Below are positions 27,491 through 37,210 of a DNA stretch of 64,000 nucleotides, one piece after another. Below the pieces are notes generated by a model. That model ran no database searches. It had not been told where the DNA came from and was given only the letters and a program-made list of their open reading frames with translations. This DNA comes from an uncultured Candidatus Saccharibacteria bacterium. GTDB lineage: Bacteria; Patescibacteriota; Saccharimonadia; Saccharimonadales; Saccharimonadaceae. Both the position numbers and the translations under genes were made by a program. The DNA is taken from the NCBI GenBank assembly GCA_964557405.1, contig CAZLAC010000002.1:9149-73148 (forward strand), in the 5' to 3' direction. The stretch's first letter is position 1; each line of letters begins with the position of its first letter.

Positions 27491-29248
27491 ATGGCATATC
27501 GTTCACAGACAATTAAAGAAGCCGTGCTGGCAATTGATGCACGAGAATATTTGCTGCCAGTGATTCAGCGCGAAATGGTATGGGATGCCGGGAAAATTGA
27601 AAAGTTGTTTGATTCAATCATGTCCGGCTATCCATTTGGTTCGTTGTTGTTCTGGAAATATAAAGTGAACGCTGAAAATACCTATAATTTTTATGATTTT
27701 ATTCGTTGCTACGACGAATACGACCGGACAAAAAATCATAATGCGCTGCATAGTCTGCGCGGGTATGATGGGCGTGAAATTACGGCGGTGATTGACGGGC
27801 AACAAAGATTGACTGCGCTTTATATTGGACTAAAAGGATACATGAAACTTTGCAAGCCACGTATTTGGAAAAAATATCGGGAGTTAGAAGAAAATTACGA
27901 TACAAAAAAATTATATCTTGACCTTTTATACGCGCGCGACAATGAACAAACGGACGACGACATTAAGCCAGAATATAATTTTAAATTTAAGACGGCCGAG
28001 GAGGTTTTAACTGAGAATGCAGATGGCGAGCATTGTTGGTTTGAGGTAGGGCGAGTGCTGGATTTGGACGAAGATTTTGATTTAGATGCGGAATTTACGG
28101 AAAAATATTCACCTGTACAAATTAAACAAATGAATAAAATCATTCGGCGGATGTGGTTGAATTTTTGCAATAAAAATAATGAGAACTTGCCGTATTTTGA
28201 GGAGACGGAACAATCGTTTGACCGGTTACTGAACATCTTTATCCGGATTAATGATGGTGGTGAACCGTTATCTTATACGGATTTCCTGATGTCAATTCTA
28301 GCGAACTACTGGTCGGACGGGCGGGAGGAGATTAACCGAGCGGTTGATGCATTGAATCGGGATTTTGATTTTGACGTGTCAAAAGATATTTTCTTGCGTG
28401 GGTGTTTGTTCTTGTCTGAAAAGGCTTTGAATTTTAATGCGGACAATTTTAACCGCGGGTTGGTAGAAGATATCAAAGACGACTTTGAAAATATTGAATT
28501 GGCGCTGAGAAAATCAGCGGGATTCTTTAAGAAAATCGGCTACTCCAAAGACAATTTGCGATCTAGTTTGATCCTGTTGCCGTTGGCATATTATTATAAA
28601 TGTCACGGAAACCAAAAATTGCCAGCGGAGGAAGTTGGAACTATCAAACGATGGGTGCAAGTTTCAATTCTTTGCCGGGCTTATGGCGGGCAAACGACTT
28701 CATATTTAACATCACTTAGAGGAAACAATAATAAAAATGGCGTTCCGATTGATTGGACAGGAGCGTTTCCGTACGATACAATCATGAAAATTACGGCAAA
28801 TTATGGGAGAGATATTAATTTTAGTGAAGACAGGATTGCCAATATGGTTGACCGGGCGAGAAAGGGCAGCCAGGATGCGTTCACGCTGCTGTCAATTCTT
28901 TATCCAAACAAAAACTATCAGGACACACCATTTCATGAAGATCATATTTATCCAAAAGCAACTTTAAGCAAGGCTCAGTTGGATGCTGGCGGAGATTTTT
29001 TGCCAAATTTGCAACTGCTAGAAGGTATTGCAAACGAGGAAAAGAACGCCGACAATCCAGAAAAATGGTTAGCAGAAATTCATCATGATGACGCGGCGGC
29101 GATTGCACAATATAAGCGCGAAAATTATTTGTTTGATGCGGAAACTGGCGAGGTGCTGGACCTTGCGCCGGAGAATTTTGAGATGGTGATGGAAAAGCGC
29201 CGAGCTAATCTAGTGCGGGCAATTGCCGATGCATTAAAGAGTGAGTAA
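27491..29248 (+). CDS. DUF262 + DUF1524/HNH protein (GmrSD-like modification-dependent restriction family)
   Basis: LPVIQREMVW, IDGQQRLT, IFIRINDGG DUF262 motifs; C-terminal HEDHIYP..PNLQLLEGIANEEK His-Me finger. Confidence 0.85.
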   Translation: MAYRSQTIKEAVLAIDAREYLLPVIQREMVWDAGKIEKLFDSIMSGYPFGSLLFWKYKVNAENTYNFYDFIRCYDEYDRTKNHNALHSLRGYDGREITAVIDGQQRLTALYIGLKGYMKLCKPRIWKKYRELEENYDTKKLYLDLLYARDNEQTDDDIKPEYNFKFKTAEEVLTENADGEHCWFEVGRVLDLDEDFDLDAEFTEKYSPVQIKQMNKIIRRMWLNFCNKNNENLPYFEETEQSFDRLLNIFIRINDGGEPLSYTDFLMSILANYWSDGREEINRAVDALNRDFDFDVSKDIFLRGCLFLSEKALNFNADNFNRGLVEDIKDDFENIELALRKSAGFFKKIGYSKDNLRSSLILLPLAYYYKCHGNQKLPAEEVGTIKRWVQVSILCRAYGGQTTSYLTSLRGNNNKNGVPIDWTGAFPYDTIMKITANYGRDINFSEDRIANMVDRARKGSQDAFTLLSILYPNKNYQDTPFHEDHIYPKATLSKAQLDAGGDFLPNLQLLEGIANEEKNADNPEKWLAEIHHDDAAAIAQYKRENYLFDAETGEVLDLAPENFEMVMEKRRANLVRAIADALKSE

Positions 29249-29702
29249 TGGCCGCAGCCAAAGCGTCAGCGGCATCATCAGGTTTAGGAATCTGGTTTAG
29301 TTTTAAGTGGAGTTTGACCATTTCCTGCATTTGCTTTTTGTCGGCAGAACCATAGCCGGTCATGGTCTTTTTGATTTCATTAGGGGTGTATTCGTAGACT
29401 GGGAGGTGGTGCTGTTTACAAACAAGCAAGACCACGCCACGAGCCTCCGCAACGGAAATACCGGTAGTAATATTTTTTGTGAAGAAAAGTTTTTCTATGC
29501 TGACTTCGTCTGGTTTATCCTGGTCAATAATTTCGTTGAGGGATTCATAAATATCCAGTAGCCGGTCCTCTAGTGGCGTATGTGGCGGCGTAGCGATGAC
29601 GCCATTATCAAGCATGCGCGGGCTTTTCCCGCCAACTTCTATCACACCAAAACCACAAATCCCGGTGCCAGGGTCTATGCCAAGAATTCTCCTACTTTTC
29701 AT
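29205..29702 (-). CDS. ruvC: Crossover junction endodeoxyribonuclease RuvC
   Basis: ILGIDPG, IEKLFF, EARGV, GYGSADK, DDAADALA. Confidence 0.96.
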   Translation of the reverse strand: MKSRRILGIDPGTGICGFGVIEVGGKSPRMLDNGVIATPPHTPLEDRLLDIYESLNEIIDQDKPDEVSIEKLFFTKNITTGISVAEARGVVLLVCKQHHLPVYEYTPNEIKKTMTGYGSADKKQMQEMVKLHLKLNQIPKPDDAADALAAAITHSLMHRQLPALD

Positions 29703-31044
29703 TGACGTATTTGATTAAAGTTGCGCGGAGGTCTTTGACTGGGGTAACAAATTTATCTTTGATAGTAGCCGGGGCAATGGCGTGCTTGAAACCAAGTTTC
29801 TTGGCTTCGGAGATGCGCTGGTCCGGACGGAAGGCAGAACGAATTTCCCCGCCCAAACCAACCTCACCGAAAACGACATATTCGTCGCTAAGTTTCCGGC
29901 CGGCAGCGGCGGAAGCAATCGCCAAACAGACGGCCAAGTCAGCGGCGGAATCCTGAAGCTTGAGTCCGCCAACTACGTTGATGAAAATGTCTTTATCGTC
30001 TAGTTTTAATTTAGTGCGACGTTCAATGACGGCGATTAGCAAATTCAGACGGTTGATGTCAAAGCCGGAAGCCGTGCGTTTAGGGTAGCCAAAGTTGGTT
30101 TTTGTGACAAGGGCCTGGATTTCTACAAGAATTGGACGAGTGCCTTCCAGGGTGGCTAGGATGATGGAGCCGTCTGTGTTCTGGCGTTCGGAAAGTAGGG
30201 CGGCAGAAGGATTCTGGACTTCTTTAAGTCCCTTTTCGTCCATTTCAAAAATGGCAACTTCACTGGTAGCACCAAAACGGTTTTTTACGGCACGAATAGT
30301 CTTAAAACCGCCGTAGCGATCGCCCTCAAAATTAATGACCACATCCACGAGATGCTCCAGGACTTTTGGACCGGCGAGAGTTCCTTCCTTTGTGACGTGA
30401 CCGACAATAATGACGGCGGTGTCAGTGGATTTGGCGGCACGAATGATAAGATTGCCACAATTGGTGACCTGCGAGACGGTCCCGGGAGCGGAAGAAATTT
30501 CGTCCATGGCAAGAGTCTGGATGGAGTCTACGATAACCAAATCAAACTGGCCAGTTTCAATAGTTTTTGCGATGTCATTGCCAGAAGTGCTGCTGGCAAA
30601 ACTGAGGTTGTCGCTACTAGCACCAAGACGCCCGGCGCGAAGCTTGACTTGTCCGGCCGATTCCTCACCAGAAATGTACAGGACCGGACGAGTTTCACTA
30701 ACTTTGGCGCAAATTTGCATGAGAATAGTAGATTTGCCAATGCCCGGCTGACCAGCTAAGAGATTAACGCTGCCCAGCAGGATGCCACCACCCAGCACAA
30801 CGTCTAGGTCCGTGAAGCCGGTTTTTAGGCGTTCTTTGGCATCGGATGGGACAATGGATTTGATACTTTCGTATTTTAACTTTTTGCCGGAAACTTGACC
30901 CTGGGCAAGAGCAAACTTTTTAGTAGTTTCTTCTACTAATTGTTCCGTGAGGGTGTTCCAGCTACCACAATTTTCGCATTTGCCGGACCATTTGGCAAAG
31001 GAAGCGCCGCAATTACTACAGACGAATTTAGATTTAGACTTCAT
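29692..31044 (-). CDS. radA: DNA repair protein RadA/Sms
   Basis: C4 zinc finger, GQPGIGKST, VDSIQT, KNRFG, Lon-like C-terminus. Confidence 0.96.
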   Translation of the reverse strand: MKSKSKFVCSNCGASFAKWSGKCENCGSWNTLTEQLVEETTKKFALAQGQVSGKKLKYESIKSIVPSDAKERLKTGFTDLDVVLGGGILLGSVNLLAGQPGIGKSTILMQICAKVSETRPVLYISGEESAGQVKLRAGRLGASSDNLSFASSTSGNDIAKTIETGQFDLVIVDSIQTLAMDEISSAPGTVSQVTNCGNLIIRAAKSTDTAVIIVGHVTKEGTLAGPKVLEHLVDVVINFEGDRYGGFKTIRAVKNRFGATSEVAIFEMDEKGLKEVQNPSAALLSERQNTDGSIILATLEGTRPILVEIQALVTKTNFGYPKRTASGFDINRLNLLIAVIERRTKLKLDDKDIFINVVGGLKLQDSAADLAVCLAIASAAAGRKLSDEYVVFGEVGLGGEIRSAFRPDQRISEAKKLGFKHAIAPATIKDKFVTPVKDLRATLIKYVNEK

Positions 31045-31048
31045 AAAT

Positions 31049-31633
31049 CTATTTTATCACTTTATCGATAATACCGTAGGCTTTTGCTTCGTCCGCAGAC
31101 ATCCAGTTATCGCGGTCCATGTCCTTTTCTACTTGTTTTTCTGACTTGCCGGTATTTTTTGCAAGCATTTCAATCAAACGTTTTTTGAGCAACAGTCCTT
31201 CTTTTAGTTCAATTTCCTGATCTGTGACCTTGCTTTGTGGAGAGCCATAGGACGGCTGATGAATCATGATGCGAGAGTTTGGCAAGGCAAAACGTTTGCC
31301 CTTTGCACCGGAGCTGAGCAACATGGCGCCCATAGAAGCCTGCAGGCCAATGCCGATAGTTTCTACGTCTGGTTCAATATAATTCATAGTGTCAATGATG
31401 GCCAAGCCGTCATAAACGGAACCGCCAGGAGAGTTGATGTAGAGCTTGATGTCCTTTTTATTGTCCTCATGTGCAAGGAAGAGGAGCTGCGCGATGACGA
31501 GATTGGCGGTGTGTGGATTGACATCTTCACCGAGGAAGATAATCCGGTCGTTCAAAAGGCGCGAGTAGATATCGTAGGCGCGCTCGCCTTTATTAGTTTC
31601 TTCTATGACGGTTGGCACTAAATAATTTTTCAT
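31049..31633 (-). CDS. clpP: ATP-dependent Clp protease proteolytic subunit
   Basis: [22 protein letters not shown] (Ser), MIHQP (His), DRDNWM (Asp). Confidence 0.97.
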   Translation of the reverse strand: MKNYLVPTVIEETNKGERAYDIYSRLLNDRIIFLGEDVNPHTANLVIAQLLFLAHEDNKKDIKLYINSPGGSVYDGLAIIDTMNYIEPDVETIGIGLQASMGAMLLSSGAKGKRFALPNSRIMIHQPSYGSPQSKVTDQEIELKEGLLLKKRLIEMLAKNTGKSEKQVEKDMDRDNWMSADEAKAYGIIDKVIK

Positions 31634-32622
31634 TAGTTAATCCTTTCGTTTAATTTTGCGTTAGAGTTAATAGCGTTTTCTAAATCCTGCGTGCGGAGGA
31701 CGCTTTTGTTGTATTCCTCTACTTTTTGGTTGTACGATTCAATGGCATCGTTGATGCTGTTGTACTCGTCCTCCAGTTTGTTCTGTTCGACAACGAGCGT
31801 AGCCCGGCGAGCATTAAATTCTGCGTCGGTACGGAAACAGTTGGCAGTTTCTGCACAACGGTTAAATTCGTCAATTAGTTTGGAAAGACGCTCGGCAGCT
31901 TGATAATATTCCTGCGAACGATAATCAATGTCCGCCTGCTCGTCTTCTAGCTGCTCGCGCAGAGCGTCTTGCTCCTCTTGCAACTCGCGGAATGGCTCAA
32001 TGTAGTCGTTATAATAAGTAATCACGCGGTCGTAGTTTTTGAAATATTTTTTGTAATGCTCCTGCAAAGTTTTAGGCAGATTGTTGAACGGAATTTGTGT
32101 ACCAATGCGGGAATGAAGCTCGTCAAGTTGCGCGGCATCATCATAGATTGATAAATCTTCTGCAAGAGCGTCGTGATAAGTTTGGTAGACGCTGTTTAGC
32201 TCCGGGGAAAGACGAGATTTCTCGTCCTCTGAGAGTCTGTCCCAGGCAGCGTGTAGTAGCTCGTGTGCGGCGGTAGACTCTATGACACCGGAAAGCTCGG
32301 CATCGTCGGAATTATAAATATAGATTTTTTTCGTAGTATAACAACCGAGCACGGCGATTTTTTCGTCATGACTCCTACAATGCTCATTGAAAGCGTCGGA
32401 ATCTTCTAGTGCGGGACGTGAAGCATAGAAGATGGTTTTGCCTTTGTCGGTTAAATCTAGGTCCGTGGCAAGATTGGCAATAGCCGTTTCCGGGGCGTAA
32501 CCAAAATTGTTAATGATATCCGGAAGGTCCGTGTTATGGTAAGCATAAAAACCAATGCCGAATAATGCCGCTAGAGTTAAAAACACCAGTAGAGTAGTTT
32601 TTAATGAGAATTTTTTTGACAT
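31633..32622 (-). CDS. Membrane-anchored HExxH (zincin-like) protein with C-terminal coiled coil
   Basis: N-terminal [23 protein letters not shown], heptad C-terminus; TAATG overlaps with both clpC and clpP. Confidence 0.7.
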   Translation of the reverse strand: MSKKFSLKTTLLVFLTLAALFGIGFYAYHNTDLPDIINNFGYAPETAIANLATDLDLTDKGKTIFYASRPALEDSDAFNEHCRSHDEKIAVLGCYTTKKIYIYNSDDAELSGVIESTAAHELLHAAWDRLSEDEKSRLSPELNSVYQTYHDALAEDLSIYDDAAQLDELHSRIGTQIPFNNLPKTLQEHYKKYFKNYDRVITYYNDYIEPFRELQEEQDALREQLEDEQADIDYRSQEYYQAAERLSKLIDEFNRCAETANCFRTDAEFNARRATLVVEQNKLEDEYNSINDAIESYNQKVEEYNKSVLRTQDLENAINSNAKLNERIN

Positions 32623-35102
32623 TATTTTTCTTTCTGCTCCACAGTGAGCGTAAGTTTATTATTTGCAAGACCAGCAACGGCGATTTGGCCAGGTTTGATT
32701 TGCTCGGTGATGATAGCATCAGATAGGAGACTTTCTAGGTTGTCTTCTATGGCGCGACGGAGTGGGCGGGCGCCGTTTTTTGGGTCATAGCCTTTTTTGA
32801 TGAGCCAATCGCGAGCCTCCGGGGTGATTTTGAGACCGAGCGATTTGTCTGCAATACGGTTTTTCAGGTCGCCAATTAGCTTGTCAAAAATCTGTTCAAC
32901 TTGCTTGCGAGTAAGTGCATGGAAGACAAGAATCGCATCTAAGCGGTTAATGAGTTCCGGACGCATGGTCTTTTTCAGAGCCTTCATGGCGGCGTTTTTA
33001 GAATTTTCGTATTCCTCATTAAGGGCCTTTTCGTCGGCTTTGGTTTTTATATTGAAGCCCATTTCTTGGTCGTCATACATTTCTGAAGCGCCGAGATTTG
33101 AAGTGAGAATGACTACGGTATTGTTGAACTTGACTTTGTTTCCCTGCCCGTCAGTGAGCACGCCGTCTTCTAGGATTTGTAGAAGCATATTGAAGACATC
33201 AGGGTGAGCCTTTTCTATTTCGTCAAACAGCACCACAGAATACGGATGCCGGCGGACGGCTTCAGTAAGTTTGCCGCCATCGTCATAGCCAATATAGCCA
33301 GCGGGCGCACCCACAAGCCGACTGACGTTGTGCTTCTCGCCAAATTCGGACATGTCAATTTTGATAAGGGCATTATCCCCGCCAAAAACCTCACGGGCGA
33401 TTACGCGAGCTAGCTCGGTTTTACCAACGCCGGTTGGGCCCATAAAGAGGAAGGAGCCAATTGGGCGGTGCGGGTCGGAGATACCGGAACGGCCGCGGCG
33501 AATAGCCTTTGCGACGGTTGCTACGGCTTCGTCCTGGCCAATGATAGCCTTGTCAATGTGTTCTTCCAGGTGCATGAGCATCTTCATTTCTGAACCATGA
33601 ACCTTGCTAACAGGAATGCCGGTTTTGAGGCTGATGGCGGTGGCAAGATTTTCTTCCGTGACGGCTGGATTTTCTTTTTGTTTAGCGCCAGCTTTTTCTA
33701 ATTTTTTGATTTCTTTTTCCGTCTGTGCTAAACGTTGCTTATATAATGCGGCCCTTTCGTAGTTCTGCTCGTCTACGGCTTGGTCAATTTTTTCTTCAAT
33801 GCTGTTCTTTTCTATTTTGAGTTTTTTGTACTGACCGCCGCCCTTTTTGTCAGCAGCGACTTTGGCAATAGCGGAGGCTTCATCAATCACGTCAATAACT
33901 TTGTCCGGCAGAAAACGATCATTGATATATCTCTGCGACATACTGACGGCAGTTTCCAGAATTTCGTCCGGAATTTTGACTTGGTGGTGCTTTTCATAGT
34001 GGCCTTTGATGCCTTTGAGAATGCGCAAGGTGATAGCCGGAGACGGCTCGTCTACCTGAACGATTTGGAAGCGGCGCGAAAGAGCTTTGTCTTTTTCAAT
34101 GTTTTTGCGGTATTCATCCATGGTGGTAGCACCAATCAGTTTGATTTTTCCGCGGGCTAGGGCAGGTTTTAGGATATTTGCTGCGTCCATAGAGCCTTCC
34201 GAGGAGCCAGCGCCAGACAACAGGTGCAGTTCGTCAATAAACAGAATGATTGTATCATCTGCGATAGCTTCGTCAATAATACCTTTTAGACGCTCCTCAA
34301 ACTCACCGCGGAACTTGGTGCCAGCTACGACGCTACTCAGGTCTACTTGGTAAATTCTTTTGCCAACCAGGGAGCTTGGCACCTCGTTTTTGGCAATCCT
34401 AGTAGCTAAGCCTTCTGCAATAGCGGTTTTGCCAACGCCGGCCTCGCCAATGAGGACGGGATTGGATTTGGTGCGGCGGCAAAGCACGGTGATAGTGCGC
34501 TCAATTTCCTTTTCGCGGCCAATCACGGTGTCTAGTTTGCCGTTTTTGGCCATTTCCGTGAGGTCCTGACCGTATTTTTTGAGCCATTTGAGCTGAGTTT
34601 TGTGACCATGCTTGTTTTTTTCGGACTCAATTTTAGCGATTTCGGCCTGTTTTTCTACGAGAGTTTCAATGTTTTTTGCAACCTGGTCCAAGTTGACATT
34701 AAGTTTCTGCAAGATAAGTGCGGCGCGGGAGTTGGGCTGGCGAATTAGAGCATAAAGGATATGTTCCGTACCAATCACTTCTAGCCCCTGTTCTTTAGCA
34801 AAATTAGCGGCCATGCGCAAGGTGAGGACGGTAGCCTCAGAGAGAGACATCATGGCCATTTCTCCGCCGGGAACCTCTGTGGCGCGGGCAGTCATGGTGT
34901 TTTCTACGTCGTTCAAATGGATATCTTCGTCTGACAGAATGCGAGCGGCAGTAGAAGTGTCCTGTGCCAGAACGCCCATTAGAAGATGTTCTGTGCTCAT
35001 ATAGCCATTGTTGTAACATTTACTAAAATAATCAGCTTTTTGGAGGGAAATCCGAGCATTCTCGGATAAATTAGCCATAATTTCGTTAAAATCATCCTTC
35101 AT
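32622..35102 (-). CDS. clpC: ATP-dependent Clp protease ATP-binding subunit ClpC
   Basis: Two Clp-N repeats (TEHLL, TEHIL), [17 protein letters not shown]-like [27 protein letters not shown] ClpP-binding loop, GARPLRR. Start at ATG 35102. Confidence 0.93.
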   Translation of the reverse strand: MKDDFNEIMANLSENARISLQKADYFSKCYNNGYMSTEHLLMGVLAQDTSTAARILSDEDIHLNDVENTMTARATEVPGGEMAMMSLSEATVLTLRMAANFAKEQGLEVIGTEHILYALIRQPNSRAALILQKLNVNLDQVAKNIETLVEKQAEIAKIESEKNKHGHKTQLKWLKKYGQDLTEMAKNGKLDTVIGREKEIERTITVLCRRTKSNPVLIGEAGVGKTAIAEGLATRIAKNEVPSSLVGKRIYQVDLSSVVAGTKFRGEFEERLKGIIDEAIADDTIILFIDELHLLSGAGSSEGSMDAANILKPALARGKIKLIGATTMDEYRKNIEKDKALSRRFQIVQVDEPSPAITLRILKGIKGHYEKHHQVKIPDEILETAVSMSQRYINDRFLPDKVIDVIDEASAIAKVAADKKGGGQYKKLKIEKNSIEEKIDQAVDEQNYERAALYKQRLAQTEKEIKKLEKAGAKQKENPAVTEENLATAISLKTGIPVSKVHGSEMKMLMHLEEHIDKAIIGQDEAVATVAKAIRRGRSGISDPHRPIGSFLFMGPTGVGKTELARVIAREVFGGDNALIKIDMSEFGEKHNVSRLVGAPAGYIGYDDGGKLTEAVRRHPYSVVLFDEIEKAHPDVFNMLLQILEDGVLTDGQGNKVKFNNTVVILTSNLGASEMYDDQEMGFNIKTKADEKALNEEYENSKNAAMKALKKTMRPELINRLDAILVFHALTRKQVEQIFDKLIGDLKNRIADKSLGLKITPEARDWLIKKGYDPKNGARPLRRAIEDNLESLLSDAIITEQIKPGQIAVAGLANNKLTLTVEQKEK

Positions 35103-35109
35103 GACATCT

Positions 35110-35152
35110 ATTATATAGGAGATAATTAGCACTGTCAAGGGTAGAGTGCTAA
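35110..35152 (-). promoter_or_regulatory. clpC promoter (TTGACA-17-TATAAT) overlapped by a CIRCE operator (HrcA site, 35126-35152)
   Basis: Reverse strand TTAGCACTC-N9-CAGTGCTAA, one mismatch to CIRCE TTAGCACTC-N9-GAGTGCTAA; the mismatch completes TTGACA at 35133-35138; TATAAT at 35110-35115. Confidence 0.9.
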
Positions 35153-35206
35153 TTTTTAGTGGCTTTAGGGCTTGTATTTTTAGCATAAGTGTGATATAAT
35201 GGAATT

Positions 35207-35248
35207 ATGGAATGTTACTCTAGAAATAGCATTTGTGGTTGGTGTTAG
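35207..35248 (+). CDS. Putative 13-aa Cys-rich leaderless peptide MECYSRNSICGWC
   Basis: TTGTAT(35172)-17-TATAAT(35195)-6-ATG; the stop codon lies in a terminator hairpin. Confidence 0.4.
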   Translation: MECYSRNSICGWC

Positions 35249-35279
35249 CCCCCGTAAAAAGGGGGACTAACTTATTTTT
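35244..35279 (+). terminator. Intrinsic terminator
   Basis: GTTAGCCCCC-GTAAAAA-GGGGGACTAAC followed by TTATTTTT. Confidence 0.7.
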
Positions 35280-35452
35280 GCGATTTCTTCCGTCGCAAAG
35301 TACCAACCTGCGGCTATTATAAAGCACACTTGGGCTTTCTCGCCAAGCATGGGCGGAAAGATTTCGTTATCTACCTCTGTTACGCTTTGTGGAAATTAAA
35401 AGCTTGAGCGGAATTAGTTAAAAAGAAAAGTTTTTTCATGTATAATAAGGGT

Positions 35453-36262
35453 ATGAGTATACTGATTGCAATAATCTTAGGAATCGTGCAAGGTTTAACG
35501 GAATTTATCCCGGTGTCGTCGTCTGGGCATCTGGAAATTGCGCAGCGGCTGCTAGCTGGCGGGGCGCGGGCGGAAGATTTCCATTTCTTCTTGGAGCTAA
35601 TTAATTTTGGGACACTAGCAGCACTGCTGATTTTCTACCGAAAGCGAATTATGAAAATCATAAATGACGTGCTAAAAGAACACAACTACCGCATGGCCAT
35701 AAATATTCTAATTACCTCTATTCCGGCCGGGATTATTGGTGTGCTACTGGCACATGTGATCGAAGACCAGCCGTTTTTCTCGTCTTTATATACGATTGCA
35801 ATCGCAATGGGGCTAGTGGGTGTCCTGATGATTATCATAGACAAGCTACCGCACAAGTCAAAAATCACAGACGAGGACAGGCTGCCACGGTCTCGCGCGC
35901 TGGTAATTGGCCTAGCGCAGACGTTTGCACTGATTCCGGGGGTCAGCCGGTCCGGCTCTACAATCATAGCGGGGCGAATCATGGGCATGAATTCAAAAGA
36001 CGCCGCCGAATACTCATTCCTGGCGAGCATTCCTATCATGTGTGGAGTCTGTTTGAAATCCGTGCTGTCCTCATCATCACGCGAGTACGTGATGGCAAAT
36101 TTGGGAACACTGGCACTATCAAACCTAGTGGCGTTTATATTCGGGATGATTGCGCTAAAATTCGTGATGGACTTCCTAGCGAAAAAACGTGGGCTGCAGG
36201 CGTTTGGCTACTACAGAGTGATAGTTGCGAGTATAGTGCTTATACTTGTTTTAATTCAATAA
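35453..36262 (+). CDS. uppP: Undecaprenyl-diphosphate phosphatase
   Basis: GIVQGLTEFIPVSSSGH, ALIPGVSRSGST, EYSFLASIP. Confidence 0.95.
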   Translation: MSILIAIILGIVQGLTEFIPVSSSGHLEIAQRLLAGGARAEDFHFFLELINFGTLAALLIFYRKRIMKIINDVLKEHNYRMAINILITSIPAGIIGVLLAHVIEDQPFFSSLYTIAIAMGLVGVLMIIIDKLPHKSKITDEDRLPRSRALVIGLAQTFALIPGVSRSGSTIIAGRIMGMNSKDAAEYSFLASIPIMCGVCLKSVLSSSSREYVMANLGTLALSNLVAFIFGMIALKFVMDFLAKKRGLQAFGYYRVIVASIVLILVLIQ

Positions 36263-36333
36263 GTTTGATAATATAGATACTGTCGTTCTTTTTCAGAAGT
36301 CGTATGAACGATAGAACTAAACAAGGAAATTAG

Positions 36334-36423
36334 ATGCGTAAATTCAAACGCGCACAAACAAAAACTCAAAAGGAGTCTAAGATTCCGCCCGCACCGTGGA
36401 TGGAATTCTTAGAGTTAAAATAA
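36334..36423 (+). CDS. Putative 29-aa small protein MRKFKRAQTKTQKESKIPPAPWMEFLELK
   Basis: AAGGA SD-like element before ATG; stop codon lies inside the bidirectional hairpin shared with the DsbA gene. Confidence 0.4.
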   Translation: MRKFKRAQTKTQKESKIPPAPWMEFLELK

Positions 36424-36444
36424 GCCCCCAGGGGGCTTATTTTA
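36416..36444. terminator. Bidirectional terminator hairpin
   Basis: TAAAATAAGCCCC-CAG-GGGGCTTATTTTA perfect inverted repeat containing both convergent TAA stops. Confidence 0.7.
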
Positions 36445-37150
36445 GTTTGTCCTCAATTTTCCCTTTCATGAGGGTCAGGAAGGCTTCTTCGGTGCCGGCG
36501 CTGGAGAAGTCAATTTTTTCGTTGCCGATGTAGATGGTCGGGGTAGCGGAAACTCCGATTTTCTTAGCTAGGCCATTGTCAAAATTAATTTTGTCGCTGA
36601 CGGATTTGCTGGCCATGTCTGTGCGGAATTTTTCTGTGTCACCTTGCCCTTCGGTAATTTTATCAAAGTAGCCAGCAAATAAATCGGTGCGCTGGTCTGC
36701 GGAGGCATATTCCCAAGCAGACTGATTGGCAAAGAGATAAGTGGCGTATTCCTGCCAGTAGCCCTGCAGACCGGCGGCTTCTGCAGCGGAAGCGGCGGCG
36801 GTGCCGTTCTGATGATAACTGAGCAAGAAGCTACGATAAATCAGTGCGACCTGGTCCTCTGTGTAATTTTCTAGAAGTTTTTTCAGACGGGGGAACATGG
36901 TGGCACAACCGGGGCACTGGTAGTCGGCGTATTCTACGATGATGACTTTTGCGTCTTTGCTGCCAATGATGTGATCTGGAATGTCGCCGTTGTATTGATT
37001 TCCGGCGATGTAATTGGCGGTGTCATAGTCGGTGCTGGCGGTTTTCTGGCTGACGGTATAGCCTACAAAGGCGCCAAACGCTGCCACGATAGCAATAATT
37101 GCTACGATCCAACCAGTAGCGATGCCTTTTTTAAAATTCTTTTGCTTCAT
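36437..37150 (-). CDS. DsbA/BdbD-family thiol-disulfide oxidoreductase, membrane anchored
   Basis: N-terminal TM, VEYADYQCPGC, GVSATPT cis-Pro loop. Confidence 0.9.
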   Translation of the reverse strand: MKQKNFKKGIATGWIVAIIAIVAAFGAFVGYTVSQKTASTDYDTANYIAGNQYNGDIPDHIIGSKDAKVIIVEYADYQCPGCATMFPRLKKLLENYTEDQVALIYRSFLLSYHQNGTAAASAAEAAGLQGYWQEYATYLFANQSAWEYASADQRTDLFAGYFDKITEGQGDTEKFRTDMASKSVSDKINFDNGLAKKIGVSATPTIYIGNEKIDFSSAGTEEAFLTLMKGKIEDKLK

Positions 37151-37210
37151 ATTTCTCCTTATTCGGTATATAATTATAATAACATATTTTGGGTGGAGGA
37201 GGTGATATTT

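Noticed and set aside
36971-37210. N-terminal extension of the CBS protein
   Set aside because: Overlaps dsbA antisense; a strong GGAGG SD supports ATG 37211.
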